A program made the translations under genes and the position numbers. From a virus, in IMG/VR virus record IMGVR_UViG_3300021093_000007: a stretch of DNA of 64,000 bases; one strand, written 5' to 3'. Below, in pieces: positions 30,709 to 41,482 of this stretch (positions are counted from its first letter, which is position 1; each line of letters opens with the position of its first letter). A model generated the notes under the pieces. It was not told where the DNA came from, did no database searches, and saw nothing but the letters and a program-made list of their open reading frames with translations.

Positions 30709-32355
30709 ATGGCAAAATTGTTTGGATTCTCTATTGAGGATAGTAATAAAAAACCATCAGGATTGGTCTCCCCCGTTCCTCAGAATAATGAGGACGGGGC
30801 CGACTATTATCTTACTAGTGGATTTTTTGGTTCTTATGTAGATATTGAAGGTGTTTATCGAAGTGAATTTGATTTAATCAAACGTTATAGAGAAATGGCA
30901 CTTCATCCTGAAGTGGATGGTGCAATTGAAGATATTGTCAATGAAGCGATTGTTAGTGATACTAACGATAGTCCAGTTCAAATTGACCTTGATAATTTAA
31001 ATGCCAGTGACGGACTTAAAAAAAAGGTAAGAGAAGAATTTAAACATATTTTAGAATTAATGGACTTTGATAAAAAGTGCCATGAAATTTATAGGAATTG
31101 GTATGTTGATGGTAGACTTTATTATCACAAACTTATTGATTTAAAAAATCCTCAAGACGGAATTCAAGAATTAAGATATATTGATGCCTTAAAAATGCGT
31201 CATGTTAGACAAGCATCTAAAGGCAATAAGAATGATGCAAGACTTGGACCAAATGGAGAAAAGGATCCGATGGATTCTGGATTCCCAGATATCCAAGAAT
31301 ATTTTATTTACAATGCGTCAGCAAATCAGATAGGAACAATCAATAATAGTTCAAATCAAGTTAATCAGGGAACTAAGTTTTCAAAAGATTCTATTACTTA
31401 TTGCACATCTGGATTAGTTGACAGAAATAAAAATCTAACTCTTTCATATCTTCATAAAGCAATTAAATCTCTCAATCAACTCCGTATGATTGAGGATTCT
31501 CTTGTTATCTATCGTTTATCAAGAGCACCAGAGAGAAGAATTTTTTATATCGACGTAGGTAATCTCCCCAAAATTAAAGCGGAACAATATCTCCGTGATG
31601 TTATGATGCGTTATCGTAATAAACTAGTGTATGATGCTAATACTGGTGAAATTCGTGACGATAAAAAATATATGAGTATGCTTGAAGATTTTTGGTTGCC
31701 AAGAAGAGAAGGTGGTAGAGGAACTGAAATCTCCACTCTTCCTGGAGGTCAAAATTTAGGGGAGCTATCTGATATTAAATACTTCCAAGAAAAATTATAT
31801 CGTTCTTTAAATGTCCCATCTTCTAGAATTGGTGGTCAGGAAGGATTTAATCTTGGAAGATCTTCAGAAATTTTAAGAGACGAACTTAAATTTACTAAAT
31901 TTGTTGGTAGATTAAGAAAGCGTTTTTCCAACATGTTTAATGACATGTTAAGAACTCAACTTCTTCTTAAAAATATTATTACTCCAGAAGATTGGGAGTT
32001 GATGGAAGAGCATATTCAATATGACTTCTTATATGACAATCATTTTGCAGAATTAAAAGATGCGGAATTAATGACAGAAAGACTGAATATTGCAGCAACT
32101 GCAGAACCATATATTGGTAAATATTACTCACAAGATTATGTAAGACGTAAGATTCTTCGTCAAACTGATGAAGAAATTATTGAACAAGATAAACTTATTA
32201 AGAAAGAAATTGCTGCTGGAATCATTCCAGATCCAAACGCACCTATTGATCCAGCAACTGGTCAACCACTCGCAGCAGATCAAAATCTTGGGGCACCAAT
32301 TAACGAACCAAACTTGGATAGTCAAAGTAAAACTGTAGAACCGCCACAAATTTAA
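30709..32355 (+). CDS. gp20: Portal vertex protein gp20
   Basis: LRMIEDSLVIYRLSRAPERRIFYIDVGNLPK, EDFWLPRREGGRGTEISTLPGGQNLG. Confidence 0.97.
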   Translation: MAKLFGFSIEDSNKKPSGLVSPVPQNNEDGADYYLTSGFFGSYVDIEGVYRSEFDLIKRYREMALHPEVDGAIEDIVNEAIVSDTNDSPVQIDLDNLNASDGLKKKVREEFKHILELMDFDKKCHEIYRNWYVDGRLYYHKLIDLKNPQDGIQELRYIDALKMRHVRQASKGNKNDARLGPNGEKDPMDSGFPDIQEYFIYNASANQIGTINNSSNQVNQGTKFSKDSITYCTSGLVDRNKNLTLSYLHKAIKSLNQLRMIEDSLVIYRLSRAPERRIFYIDVGNLPKIKAEQYLRDVMMRYRNKLVYDANTGEIRDDKKYMSMLEDFWLPRREGGRGTEISTLPGGQNLGELSDIKYFQEKLYRSLNVPSSRIGGQEGFNLGRSSEILRDELKFTKFVGRLRKRFSNMFNDMLRTQLLLKNIITPEDWELMEEHIQYDFLYDNHFAELKDAELMTERLNIAATAEPYIGKYYSQDYVRRKILRQTDEEIIEQDKLIKKEIAAGIIPDPNAPIDPATGQPLAADQNLGAPINEPNLDSQSKTVEPPQI

Positions 32356-32357
32356 TT

Positions 32358-33020
32358 ATGAATCGTTATCATAGATTTTTGAATATTGGAGATTACATTC
32401 CTAATATTGATACTTCAAAGTATCAAACTGAGGGTATGAGATGGCCAGAATTCCATAAGCAACTTCAATTTAAAGACCTAGGTAATGATAAAATTTTACC
32501 TTGGTTAAATAGTTTAGGATTCACATCTCATTGGATAGAATTTTTCTATACCCCACCACACGATGATGGTGTTATACATTCCGATAACGTATATTATGCT
32601 GATTGGGCAAAGTTGATATTCCAATTTGGTGCTAAAGGAAGCACTATGAGATGGTGGACATCTGACATGGTTTTGAGAGTAAGCACTAGTGCGGAACAAG
32701 TTTGCTCAACAGTTATTCCAGAACGTAGTCAATATACTGTTGGAGATAGAACTAATGATCATTATCATGGTCAAGTTTTAGTTAGTAGAGAAGAATACTG
32801 CAAAAAAGAATATGAAGTTGAGATAGGGTCTTGCGGATTAATTAATGTTGGACCTTTACATAGTTCTTATAATCCAACAGATGATAAAAGATTTACGGTG
32901 ACTATTGCTCTAATTGATAAGAATAAAGATTACGAGCATCGTATTTTATGGGATGAGGCAGTAGAGGCATTTAAACCCTACATAGTTGATTCTTCAATAG
33001 ACCTTTGCGCCGTAAAATAA
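32358..33020 (+). CDS. Putative 2OG-Fe(II) oxygenase / cupin-fold protein
   Basis: FFYTPPHDDGVIHSD (HxD) ... GPLHSSYNPTDDKRFTVTI (distal H and R-x-T) pattern of double-stranded beta-helix oxygenases; starts 2 nt after the portal stop. Confidence 0.55.
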   Translation: MNRYHRFLNIGDYIPNIDTSKYQTEGMRWPEFHKQLQFKDLGNDKILPWLNSLGFTSHWIEFFYTPPHDDGVIHSDNVYYADWAKLIFQFGAKGSTMRWWTSDMVLRVSTSAEQVCSTVIPERSQYTVGDRTNDHYHGQVLVSREEYCKKEYEVEIGSCGLINVGPLHSSYNPTDDKRFTVTIALIDKNKDYEHRILWDEAVEAFKPYIVDSSIDLCAVK

Positions 33021-34743
33021 ACACGGTATGAGGATCGTTTTTATCGAAGGATTTAAATTCAGTATCTACTTTGTATGTCGCGTTTTCACATGTTAGATAA
33101 AATGGATATTCAGTTTTTTCATCAAAGATAAATGCACGTTGTAAAGATATAATATCTGTTGTGATTGAGTTTAATGTTTGTGTTGCCTTTTCTACAAGTT
33201 TAAAAATTTGGTCCTTATTGGTAAACATAAAGGCAAAACTTCCAGCATGTAGAGTATGCCCATGCTTGCCTTTATTTAATATTTTTCCAGTTTTCATGTA
33301 ATGATTTACTGCAGATTCAATTTCCCTATAGTGCTCCCCTATTACACCAGAATCTGATTTTATGAATTCAAATAAAGTATCATAAAATTGACGATAAGAT
33401 ATATTTAAACTTTCATAATAATGTTTAGCAACTATTTGTGTATATCCAGCAATATGGAATTGAACAATTAACCACCCATACATATACGCTTGAATTAATT
33501 CATCATTTGACATTGTATTAGTTTCCGAGATTAACTCGATAGTTTCTGTAACACCATCATAATCTCGATCATTTCCGAAAGATACATAATCTTCCGCTTT
33601 GATTGTTTTTATCCCATATACTTCTCTTGAGGTTGCACTGTTTAATTCAGTATCTCCAAACATTTGACAGAACCAGACATCAATTGATTCATGCTGACCA
33701 CACTCAAGAATTTTAGAAAATCCTTCCTTCCAAGTATCTAAAGTTTCTTCAGGCAATCCAAGAATCAATTCAGTATAAGTTTTTACCCCATACTCTTTAC
33801 TTTTATCAATTTGTTCAGATATTTTATTAATACTCATATTCTTTCTTTTAATCGCTTTAAGTGTTGGTTCATTCATAGTCTGCACACTTAAAGTTACACC
33901 TCTACTAATATCTCCAAGTATTTTTGCAATTTCAAAAATTACTTCAGTAGAGTTTTTAGAATATTGGATGTTTATTGCTTCAAGGTTACCCTCATCTGCT
34001 GCTTCTCTGAATATCTTTGCAATTTCCAAGTCGCGTTCTTTAAACATACCAAAGTTTGCATCAGCATTAAAAATAAATCCAACATTATTCTTTCTAGCCC
34101 AATCAATATCATCTCTAACTCGTTGAATATCAAAGTGTCTAACTTTTGTATATGTTAATCCACCCCAGTCACAATAAGTGCATCTATGAGGACAACCTCT
34201 ATTAGTTTCCATAGTCATTGCCCATAAAACACCTGGATTATCTTCAATAATTCTATCAAATACTCCAATCTGATAAGGACTTGGAAAATTTAAATCTTCA
34301 ATTCTTTTTTTTGCATAGATTCTATCAATTGTTTCGCTGTTGTTTACTTTCCTTAAAAAATCTAAAAATGCTTCCTCACCCTCAGATACAATAATACAGT
34401 CGATAAAATCATAATCATTTAATCTATGAGTTGCTTGAGGACCACCAAATTCAATAATACAATTTGGATATTTTTCTTTGATTAGTTTTGCTACATGTAA
34501 GTTATATTGTTCATTCCAAACATAACAACTAAATGCACAAATTGCAGGATTATCTAACCTATCAATTAAATCTTCTGGGTCTTCTCTTCGGAATATAAGA
34601 TCTTTTAATTCATAGGAATCTTGTATATCTTTAAATTGAGAACAATATGCCCACAAACATCCTACGCTATAAGGTAACCAATAAGTATCTTCTTTTCTAA
34701 TCTCAACCGCATATTGTGGTTGAAACATATAAAGGTTTTTCAT
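32971..34743 (-). CDS. Cobalamin-binding radical SAM enzyme (paralog B)
   Basis: N-terminal B12-binding-type domain (FSCYVWN...FGGPQ...IVSEGEEAF), ETNRGCPHRCTYCDWG (CxxxCxxC), DANFG, ELILGLPEET. Confidence 0.88.
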   Translation of the reverse strand: MKNLYMFQPQYAVEIRKEDTYWLPYSVGCLWAYCSQFKDIQDSYELKDLIFRREDPEDLIDRLDNPAICAFSCYVWNEQYNLHVAKLIKEKYPNCIIEFGGPQATHRLNDYDFIDCIIVSEGEEAFLDFLRKVNNSETIDRIYAKKRIEDLNFPSPYQIGVFDRIIEDNPGVLWAMTMETNRGCPHRCTYCDWGGLTYTKVRHFDIQRVRDDIDWARKNNVGFIFNADANFGMFKERDLEIAKIFREAADEGNLEAINIQYSKNSTEVIFEIAKILGDISRGVTLSVQTMNEPTLKAIKRKNMSINKISEQIDKSKEYGVKTYTELILGLPEETLDTWKEGFSKILECGQHESIDVWFCQMFGDTELNSATSREVYGIKTIKAEDYVSFGNDRDYDGVTETIELISETNTMSNDELIQAYMYGWLIVQFHIAGYTQIVAKHYYESLNISYRQFYDTLFEFIKSDSGVIGEHYREIESAVNHYMKTGKILNKGKHGHTLHAGSFAFMFTNKDQIFKLVEKATQTLNSITTDIISLQRAFIFDEKTEYPFYLTCENATYKVDTEFKSFDKNDPHTVFILRRKGLLKNQLCRV

Positions 34744-36545
34744 AATTTTACCATTGTATTTTTTGTAAGATATTTTCTTTTAATTACAAATAAATCATAT
34801 CTTTCATCTTCTGTTCTTTCATTCTCTATAGAATATTGAGTATCTTTTTTCTCCCAAGTATCTAAATCAAAAGGTAATACCTCTACATGAGGATAATTTA
34901 TGTTTGGATCATACACAAATTTTCTTTGGATGTCAAAAATACTTTTTTCTATATCAAAAGTGTTACGTGCAAAATCTTCAATAAAGTCTAATATTTTATC
35001 TTTATTTTCAAATCTTGATAAAGTATCATTTGGCATACCAACACCCAGTCCATGTCCACTTGAATGATTAGAAGGGACTTTTCCAGTATCAAAATATTCA
35101 GTTATTGCTTTTAAGTATTCTCTAAATTCAGTTCCCAAAAATCCAGAGTCATTCATTGTATATTCATATAAAGATTCATAAAATTTTCTATAACTTACTC
35201 CCAATACATATCGACAATACTTAGATAAAATTTGTGTATATCCAACATAATGAAATTTAATTGTTATCCAAGAAAACATATGGGCATCAAAAAAGTCTTG
35301 TTTAGACATCGTATCAGTCTCACAAATTAATTCAATGTATTCTTTTGTATTATCAAATTCATCATTACAGAACGATATGTAATCTTCTGCTTTAACAGTT
35401 TTTATACCATAAGTCTTTCTACTAAATTCACTACCTAACTCAGCATTTTCAAATACTTGACAGAACCAAGAGTCTACAGAAAAATGTTGTCCGTTTTCCA
35501 TTAATAAATCAATTCCATCTTTCCAAGAATCCACTGTTTCTTCGGGCATTCCTAAAATTAAATCCGTATATAATTTTACATTATGTTTTTTTGCCAATTC
35601 AACATGTCCAGCAATATCTTTTACGTGAAGATTCTTTCTTTTGATCGCTTTAAGTGTTGGCATATTCATACTTTGAACACTTAAAGTGACACCTCTTCTA
35701 GAATATTCTCCCATAATCTTTGCAATTTCAAATGAGGCTTCATTTGAATTTTTTGAGTATTGTAAATCTATATTATCTAACATTAAACTATTTTCTGCTG
35801 CTTTACGTAGCATCTTTGCAATTTCAATATCACGTTCTTTAAATATTCCAAAATTTGCATCCGCACATAAAACATAAGCAACTTTATGTGTTCTTATCCA
35901 TTCAATATCTTCAGCAATTCTTTCCAATTCAAATTTATTAATTTTACTCATAGTTGTACCACCCCAGTCACAAAAAGTACATCTATGTGGACAACCCCTG
36001 TTGGTTTCTAAAATTGCTGCCCAAATAACATCTGGATTTTTTTTAGATAACCAATCAAAAACTCCAGATTGGTAAGGACTTTTAAAATCTAAAGAATCTA
36101 TTCTTTTTCTTTCATGGACTTTGTTGATTGAATTACCAGTATTAATGCTTCTCAATAATTCTAAAAATGCTTCTTCACCTTCACCAAGGATAACACAATC
36201 AATGAATGGATTTTTTTCCATCATTTTTGTAGTTACTTGAGGACCACCAAATTCAATAATGCAGTTTGGGTATTTTTCTTTTATCAATTTAGCTAAGTAT
36301 AAATTATACTGCTCATTCCATAGATAACAACTAAATGCACAAATTGTAGGATTATCTATTTTTTCTAGTAACTGTTCTGGATTTTCTCTTCTAAAAATAA
36401 TATCTTTTAATTCAAATGATTCTTCTATATCTTTAAACTGTTTACAATAACTCCATAAACAAGAAACACTATAAGGCATCCAATAATTTTTAGTGTCCCT
36501 TACATTAACGCTATATTGTGGTTGAATGAAGTATATATTTTTCAT
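34740..36545 (-). CDS. Cobalamin-binding radical SAM enzyme (paralog A)
   Basis: FSCYLWN...FGGPQ...LGEGEEAF, ETNRGCPHRCTFCDWG, DANFG, DLILGMPEET; 4-nt overlaps with both neighbours. Confidence 0.88.
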   Translation of the reverse strand: MKNIYFIQPQYSVNVRDTKNYWMPYSVSCLWSYCKQFKDIEESFELKDIIFRRENPEQLLEKIDNPTICAFSCYLWNEQYNLYLAKLIKEKYPNCIIEFGGPQVTTKMMEKNPFIDCVILGEGEEAFLELLRSINTGNSINKVHERKRIDSLDFKSPYQSGVFDWLSKKNPDVIWAAILETNRGCPHRCTFCDWGGTTMSKINKFELERIAEDIEWIRTHKVAYVLCADANFGIFKERDIEIAKMLRKAAENSLMLDNIDLQYSKNSNEASFEIAKIMGEYSRRGVTLSVQSMNMPTLKAIKRKNLHVKDIAGHVELAKKHNVKLYTDLILGMPEETVDSWKDGIDLLMENGQHFSVDSWFCQVFENAELGSEFSRKTYGIKTVKAEDYISFCNDEFDNTKEYIELICETDTMSKQDFFDAHMFSWITIKFHYVGYTQILSKYCRYVLGVSYRKFYESLYEYTMNDSGFLGTEFREYLKAITEYFDTGKVPSNHSSGHGLGVGMPNDTLSRFENKDKILDFIEDFARNTFDIEKSIFDIQRKFVYDPNINYPHVEVLPFDLDTWEKKDTQYSIENERTEDERYDLFVIKRKYLTKNTMVKL

Positions 36546-37450
36546 AACGTAGATATAAATTTATTATGTTGTTCAATTCCTCTTTTATAAAAATATTTAT
36601 CGTCCCATCGTTTAATATCTCGTTCCATTAGATTATCATTTAATTTTCCAAAATTAAAAAAATCATTCAAGCTAAAATTATCTTTATCGTTTTCCCACCA
36701 TTCTTTATATGCTTCATAGCAACAAATAAAAGATTTCATTGGATACCATTCTGTAATGTGAGTTGAACCTTTGAAAAAAGGATTACACGGAATCAATGGT
36801 ATTGTATAAGTATTCCCAGTTTGACATAAAAAATAATCTGGAGTTCCTGCAAGATCATTAAAAAAATAACCATCACCTATTCCAGATTCTCTATTAATAT
36901 AAATTGAGTTTGCCACAACTCCAGTAAATTTATATTTACCATCAACATAAAAAAGTTCTAAAAGTTTTTCAACATGAGTTCTTTTTAATAATACTGGACC
37001 AAGAGAATAATTACTCTGAACTGGATGTAAATAAAATCTAACTATGTCTGGACATTCATGCCCCAATTGTATAGCATCCCAATCATAAGGAAGATATGTT
37101 AGTAAATTGTCCCAAGTAAAGTGCCAGTAATCGATAAAACTTAAATCATAATCATCTTCCATTACTATGACATAAGGTTCATTTGTTTCAAAATACCAAT
37201 TTTTTAAAGTATCAATTAAAAAATAATTATACGCCAAACATCTTTTAGATGCTAATTCAGAGTGAACATTTAATATTTTTTCCTCTAAGTTCTTTGGAAA
37301 TCCAAATGGCATCAAAATTTTTGTAAAGGTGATTCCATAAAACTTAAATTGATTTTCCATGTATTTTTGTCTTTTTACTTCATTTTCCAAAGTAAAATAA
37401 AATACATGAGGAAAGTTTTTTAATTTATCACATCCCATAATCAAATACAT
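36542..37450 (-). CDS. Glycosyltransferase family 25-like protein
   Basis: N-terminal YFTLENEVKRQKYMENQF, IVMEDDYDL, WHFTWDNLLTYLPYDWDAIQL; matches the GT25 (LgtB/Lex2-like) pattern of phage GTs. Confidence 0.7.
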   Translation of the reverse strand: MYLIMGCDKLKNFPHVFYFTLENEVKRQKYMENQFKFYGITFTKILMPFGFPKNLEEKILNVHSELASKRCLAYNYFLIDTLKNWYFETNEPYVIVMEDDYDLSFIDYWHFTWDNLLTYLPYDWDAIQLGHECPDIVRFYLHPVQSNYSLGPVLLKRTHVEKLLELFYVDGKYKFTGVVANSIYINRESGIGDGYFFNDLAGTPDYFLCQTGNTYTIPLIPCNPFFKGSTHITEWYPMKSFICCYEAYKEWWENDKDNFSLNDFFNFGKLNDNLMERDIKRWDDKYFYKRGIEQHNKFISTL

Positions 37451-37463
37451 TTTACTCGTTCTG

Positions 37464-37470
37464 TATTTAT
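37464..37470 (-). promoter_or_regulatory. Minus-strand late promoter box (ATAAATA) for the GT25/radical SAM operon
   Basis: Plus strand TATTTAT; the minus strand reads aATAAATA-cagaacgagtaaa-ATG (13 nt to the GT25 start at 37450). Confidence 0.65.
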
Positions 37471-37471
37471 T

Positions 37472-37478
37472 CTAAATA
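37472..37478 (+). promoter_or_regulatory. Late promoter box (CTAAATA) restarting head genes
   Basis: Back-to-back with the minus-strand box, 1 nt apart. Confidence 0.65.
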
Positions 37479-37502
37479 CTAGAGTAATTCATGAGAATAA
37501 CA

Positions 37503-37661
37503 ATGGAAGAACTTCTAGATATGATTGTTGGTGATGAAGCACCATCTGCAATCTCTGATAAGATTAAAGACTTACTGTATACTCGCTCAGCTGAAAAAAT
37601 TGAAGTGTTGAGACCTTCAGTATCAAATTCAATGTTTAATGCTGCTACAGATGCAGAATAA
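37503..37661 (+). CDS. Small acidic protein at the gp67 (prohead core) position
   Basis: Not in the ORF track; MEELLDMIVGDEAPSAISDKIKDLLYTRSAEKIEVLRPSVSNSMF...; in-frame alternative ATG at 37491. Confidence 0.75.
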   Translation: MEELLDMIVGDEAPSAISDKIKDLLYTRSAEKIEVLRPSVSNSMFNAATDAE

Positions 37662-37701
37662 TAAAGAACAATAAATAACTAAATAAAAAGTTTCTTTATT
37701 A

Positions 37702-37968
37702 ATGATGATTACTAAAATTGTATCTACACAACAAGATACTGCAATTACTGCTGGAACAGCATCAAGTATTAGTGATGCCACAGCTGTTCGTTTGTATAAC
37801 AATACTGTAGGAGTAGTCACTGTAGGAGTAAGTTCTGCAGTTGGTGCTGCATCTACTAGTTATTTTGCAATGCCTGCAGGGTCTGTTGAATTTTTGGCAA
37901 AACTTCCAACTGATGTTATTTGGTCATCATCAGCAATTAGAGCAAACAAAGTAGCATTCACAAACTAA
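37702..37968 (+). CDS. Small hypothetical virion-associated protein upstream of gp21
   Basis: Preceded by two late boxes (ATAAATA 37671-37677, CTAAATA 37679-37685); Ala/Ser/Thr-rich beta protein; stop 1 nt before gp21. Confidence 0.7.
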   Translation: MMITKIVSTQQDTAITAGTASSISDATAVRLYNNTVGVVTVGVSSAVGAASTSYFAMPAGSVEFLAKLPTDVIWSSSAIRANKVAFTN

Positions 37969-37969
37969 A

Positions 37970-38623
37970 ATGAAACTCATCAGAGAAGAGATCGAAAAGG
38001 TTGAAGTTATCACCGAGAGCATTGGTGGTAAAAAGCAAATGTATATCCAAGGAGTCTTTCTCCAAAGTGAGATGGTTAATCGCAATGGTAGAATGTATCC
38101 ATTCTCCATTATGGAAAGAGAAGTAAAAAGATATACAAATGATTATGTAAAAAAAGGTAGAGCATTAGGTGAACTCGGACACCCTGATGGTCCCACTGTA
38201 AATCTCGACAGAGTATCCCATAAAATTACTGAACTAAAGCAAGACGGTAATAACTTCGTAGGTAAAGCACAAATTCTGCATACTCCAATGGGTAAAATTG
38301 CAGAAGCACTTCTTAAAGATGGAGTAACTCTCGGCGTTTCTTCTCGTGGTATTGGATCATTAAGAGAAAATATCAAAGGTGGTTATAAGGAAGTTGGTGA
38401 AGACTTCATGCTTGCAACTGCAGCAGATATTGTTGCAGATCCATCAGCACCTGATGCTTTTGTTCAGGGAATTATGGAAGGAAAAGAGTGGGTGTGGGAT
38501 GGTGGAATTCTCCGTGAGAAGATTGCAAATCAAACCAGACAAAGAATTGAAGATCTTTCTAGAAGAAGAGAACTAGAAGAGCACAAGTTGAATTTATTTA
38601 ATGACTTTTTAAATTCACTTTGA
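37970..38623 (+). CDS. gp21: Prohead core protease gp21
   Basis: MKLIREE, NRNGRMYP, RALGELGHPDGPTVNLDRVSH, LGVSSRGIGS, DIVADPSAPDAFV. Confidence 0.96.
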   Translation: MKLIREEIEKVEVITESIGGKKQMYIQGVFLQSEMVNRNGRMYPFSIMEREVKRYTNDYVKKGRALGELGHPDGPTVNLDRVSHKITELKQDGNNFVGKAQILHTPMGKIAEALLKDGVTLGVSSRGIGSLRENIKGGYKEVGEDFMLATAADIVADPSAPDAFVQGIMEGKEWVWDGGILREKIANQTRQRIEDLSRRRELEEHKLNLFNDFLNSL

Positions 38624-38650
38624 CCATATATAGGTAAAAATTCTAATTTA

Positions 38651-38661
38651 ATAAATAAATA
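38651..38661 (+). promoter_or_regulatory. Late promoter box(es) (ATAAATAAATA) for gp22-gp23
   Basis: Overlapping ATAAATA boxes, followed by SD GGAG and ATG 38698. Confidence 0.65.
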
Positions 38662-38697
38662 TAGATTAAATTCATTAAGGTTAATCGGAGAGTCCAA

Positions 38698-39957
<1,260 letters not shown>

Positions 39958-40006
39958 ATTTAATATAATTCAAACAAAACCAAACACGTTACAAAGGTAA
40001 AAGCAA

Positions 40007-41416
40007 ATGTTCCAATCCGAGCATCTGCAGGAAAAGTGGGCACCACTTCTCGACTATGATGGTCTTGATCCAATCAAAGATTCACACAGAAGAGCAGTAA
40101 CCGCTGTCCTGTTAGAAAACCAAGAAAAATTCCTGAGAGAGCAATCTGCTTTCTCAAACGGAATTCTGATGGAATCACCAACCAATAGCGCAAACGCTGC
40201 TGGTGCTTCAGGTGGATTCTCAGGTTCCGCTGCAGCAGCAGGTCCTGTTGCAGGTTTTGATCCAGTTCTGATCTCACTCATCAGACGTGCAATGCCTAAC
40301 CTGGTCGCTTATGACCTCGCAGGTGTTCAACCAATGAGTGGTCCTACTGGACTCATCTTCGCAATGCGTTCACGCTACACCAATCAGAGCGGCACCGAAG
40401 CTCTGTTTGATGAAGCAGATACCGTATTCTCTGGTCAGAATTCAGGTATCGGTCTTACCGCTGCATCAAACGTTAATGCTGGTATGGGTACTACTACCCA
40501 GTATGGCAGCAACCCAGGTCTCCTGAACCCAGTTGGTACTGGTGCTTCAACTGGTTCTGGTGGTTATAACGTTGGTCAGGGTATGTTTACTGGAGATTCA
40601 GAGAATCTCGGTAACGGTGCTGGCAACCAATTCAACGAGATGGCATTCTCAATCGAGAAGGTTCTTGTTGAAGCCAAGTCAAGAGCACTGAAGGCAGAAT
40701 ACAGCCTTGAGCTTGCACAAGACCTGAAGGCAATTCACGGTCTGAATGCAGAAGCAGAACTTGCTAACATTCTCTCAACTGAGATCCTCGCTGAAATCAA
40801 CAGAGAAGTTATCAGAACCATCTATAAGGTTGCTGAGCAAGGCGCTGCTGCTAACACTGCTACCGCTGGTATCTTCGACCTCGACATCGACTCCAACGGT
40901 CGTTGGTCAGTTGAGAAGTTCAAAGGTCTCCTGTTCCAAATCGAGCGCGACGCTAACGCAATCGCACAAAGAACTCGTAGAGGAAAGGGCAACGTTGTAA
41001 TGTGTTCCGCAGACGTTGCTTCTGCACTGAGCATGGCTGGTGTACTTGATTACACTCCTGCTCTGAACGCAAACCTCAACGTTGATGACACTGGCAATAC
41101 CTTCGCTGGTGTTCTGCTTGGTAAGTATCGCGTATATATCGATCCTTATTCAGCAAACGTATCTGCTAACCAATACTATGTTGTTGGTTATAAGGGTTCT
41201 TCACCTTATGACGCAGGTCTGTTCTATTGCCCATATGTTCCTCTCCAAATGGTTCGTGCCGTTGGTGAGAACACCTTCCAGCCTAAGATTGGCTTTAAGA
41301 CCAGATACGGTCTTGTTGCTAACCCATTCGCTGAAGGCACCACTCAGGGTCTCGGCAGACTTCAAGTTAACGCAAACCGTTACTACAGAAGAGTTCAAAT
41401 CAAGAACCTCATGTGA
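40007..41416 (+). CDS. gp23: Major capsid protein gp23
   Basis: LQEKWAPLL, FDPVLISLIRRAMPNL, GVQPMSGPTGLIFAMRS, KSRALKAEY, FQPKIGFKTRYG. Confidence 0.98.
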   Translation: MFQSEHLQEKWAPLLDYDGLDPIKDSHRRAVTAVLLENQEKFLREQSAFSNGILMESPTNSANAAGASGGFSGSAAAAGPVAGFDPVLISLIRRAMPNLVAYDLAGVQPMSGPTGLIFAMRSRYTNQSGTEALFDEADTVFSGQNSGIGLTAASNVNAGMGTTTQYGSNPGLLNPVGTGASTGSGGYNVGQGMFTGDSENLGNGAGNQFNEMAFSIEKVLVEAKSRALKAEYSLELAQDLKAIHGLNAEAELANILSTEILAEINREVIRTIYKVAEQGAAANTATAGIFDLDIDSNGRWSVEKFKGLLFQIERDANAIAQRTRRGKGNVVMCSADVASALSMAGVLDYTPALNANLNVDDTGNTFAGVLLGKYRVYIDPYSANVSANQYYVVGYKGSSPYDAGLFYCPYVPLQMVRAVGENTFQPKIGFKTRYGLVANPFAEGTTQGLGRLQVNANRYYRRVQIKNLM

Positions 41417-41435
41417 GTCTGGTCACAACTTAATC

Positions 41436-41462
41436 AAGAGACCCGAAAGGGTCTCTTTTTTT
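41436..41462 (+). terminator. Rho-independent terminator after gp23
   Basis: AAGAGACCC-GAAA-GGGTCTCTT followed by a T run. Confidence 0.9.
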
Positions 41463-41464
41463 AT

Positions 41465-41471
41465 CTAAATA
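41465..41471 (+). promoter_or_regulatory. Late promoter box (CTAAATA) for gp3-uvsY-uvsW
   Basis: Immediately after the terminator, 11 nt before ATG 41483. Confidence 0.65.
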
Positions 41472-41482
41472 GTTAAAAAACG

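Noticed and set aside
32358-37450. Island as a transposon or integrative element, or as a RiPP cluster
   Set aside because: No transposase, integrase or terminal repeats seen, and no evident precursor peptide or transporter; the adjacent small ORFs occupy normal head-gene positions
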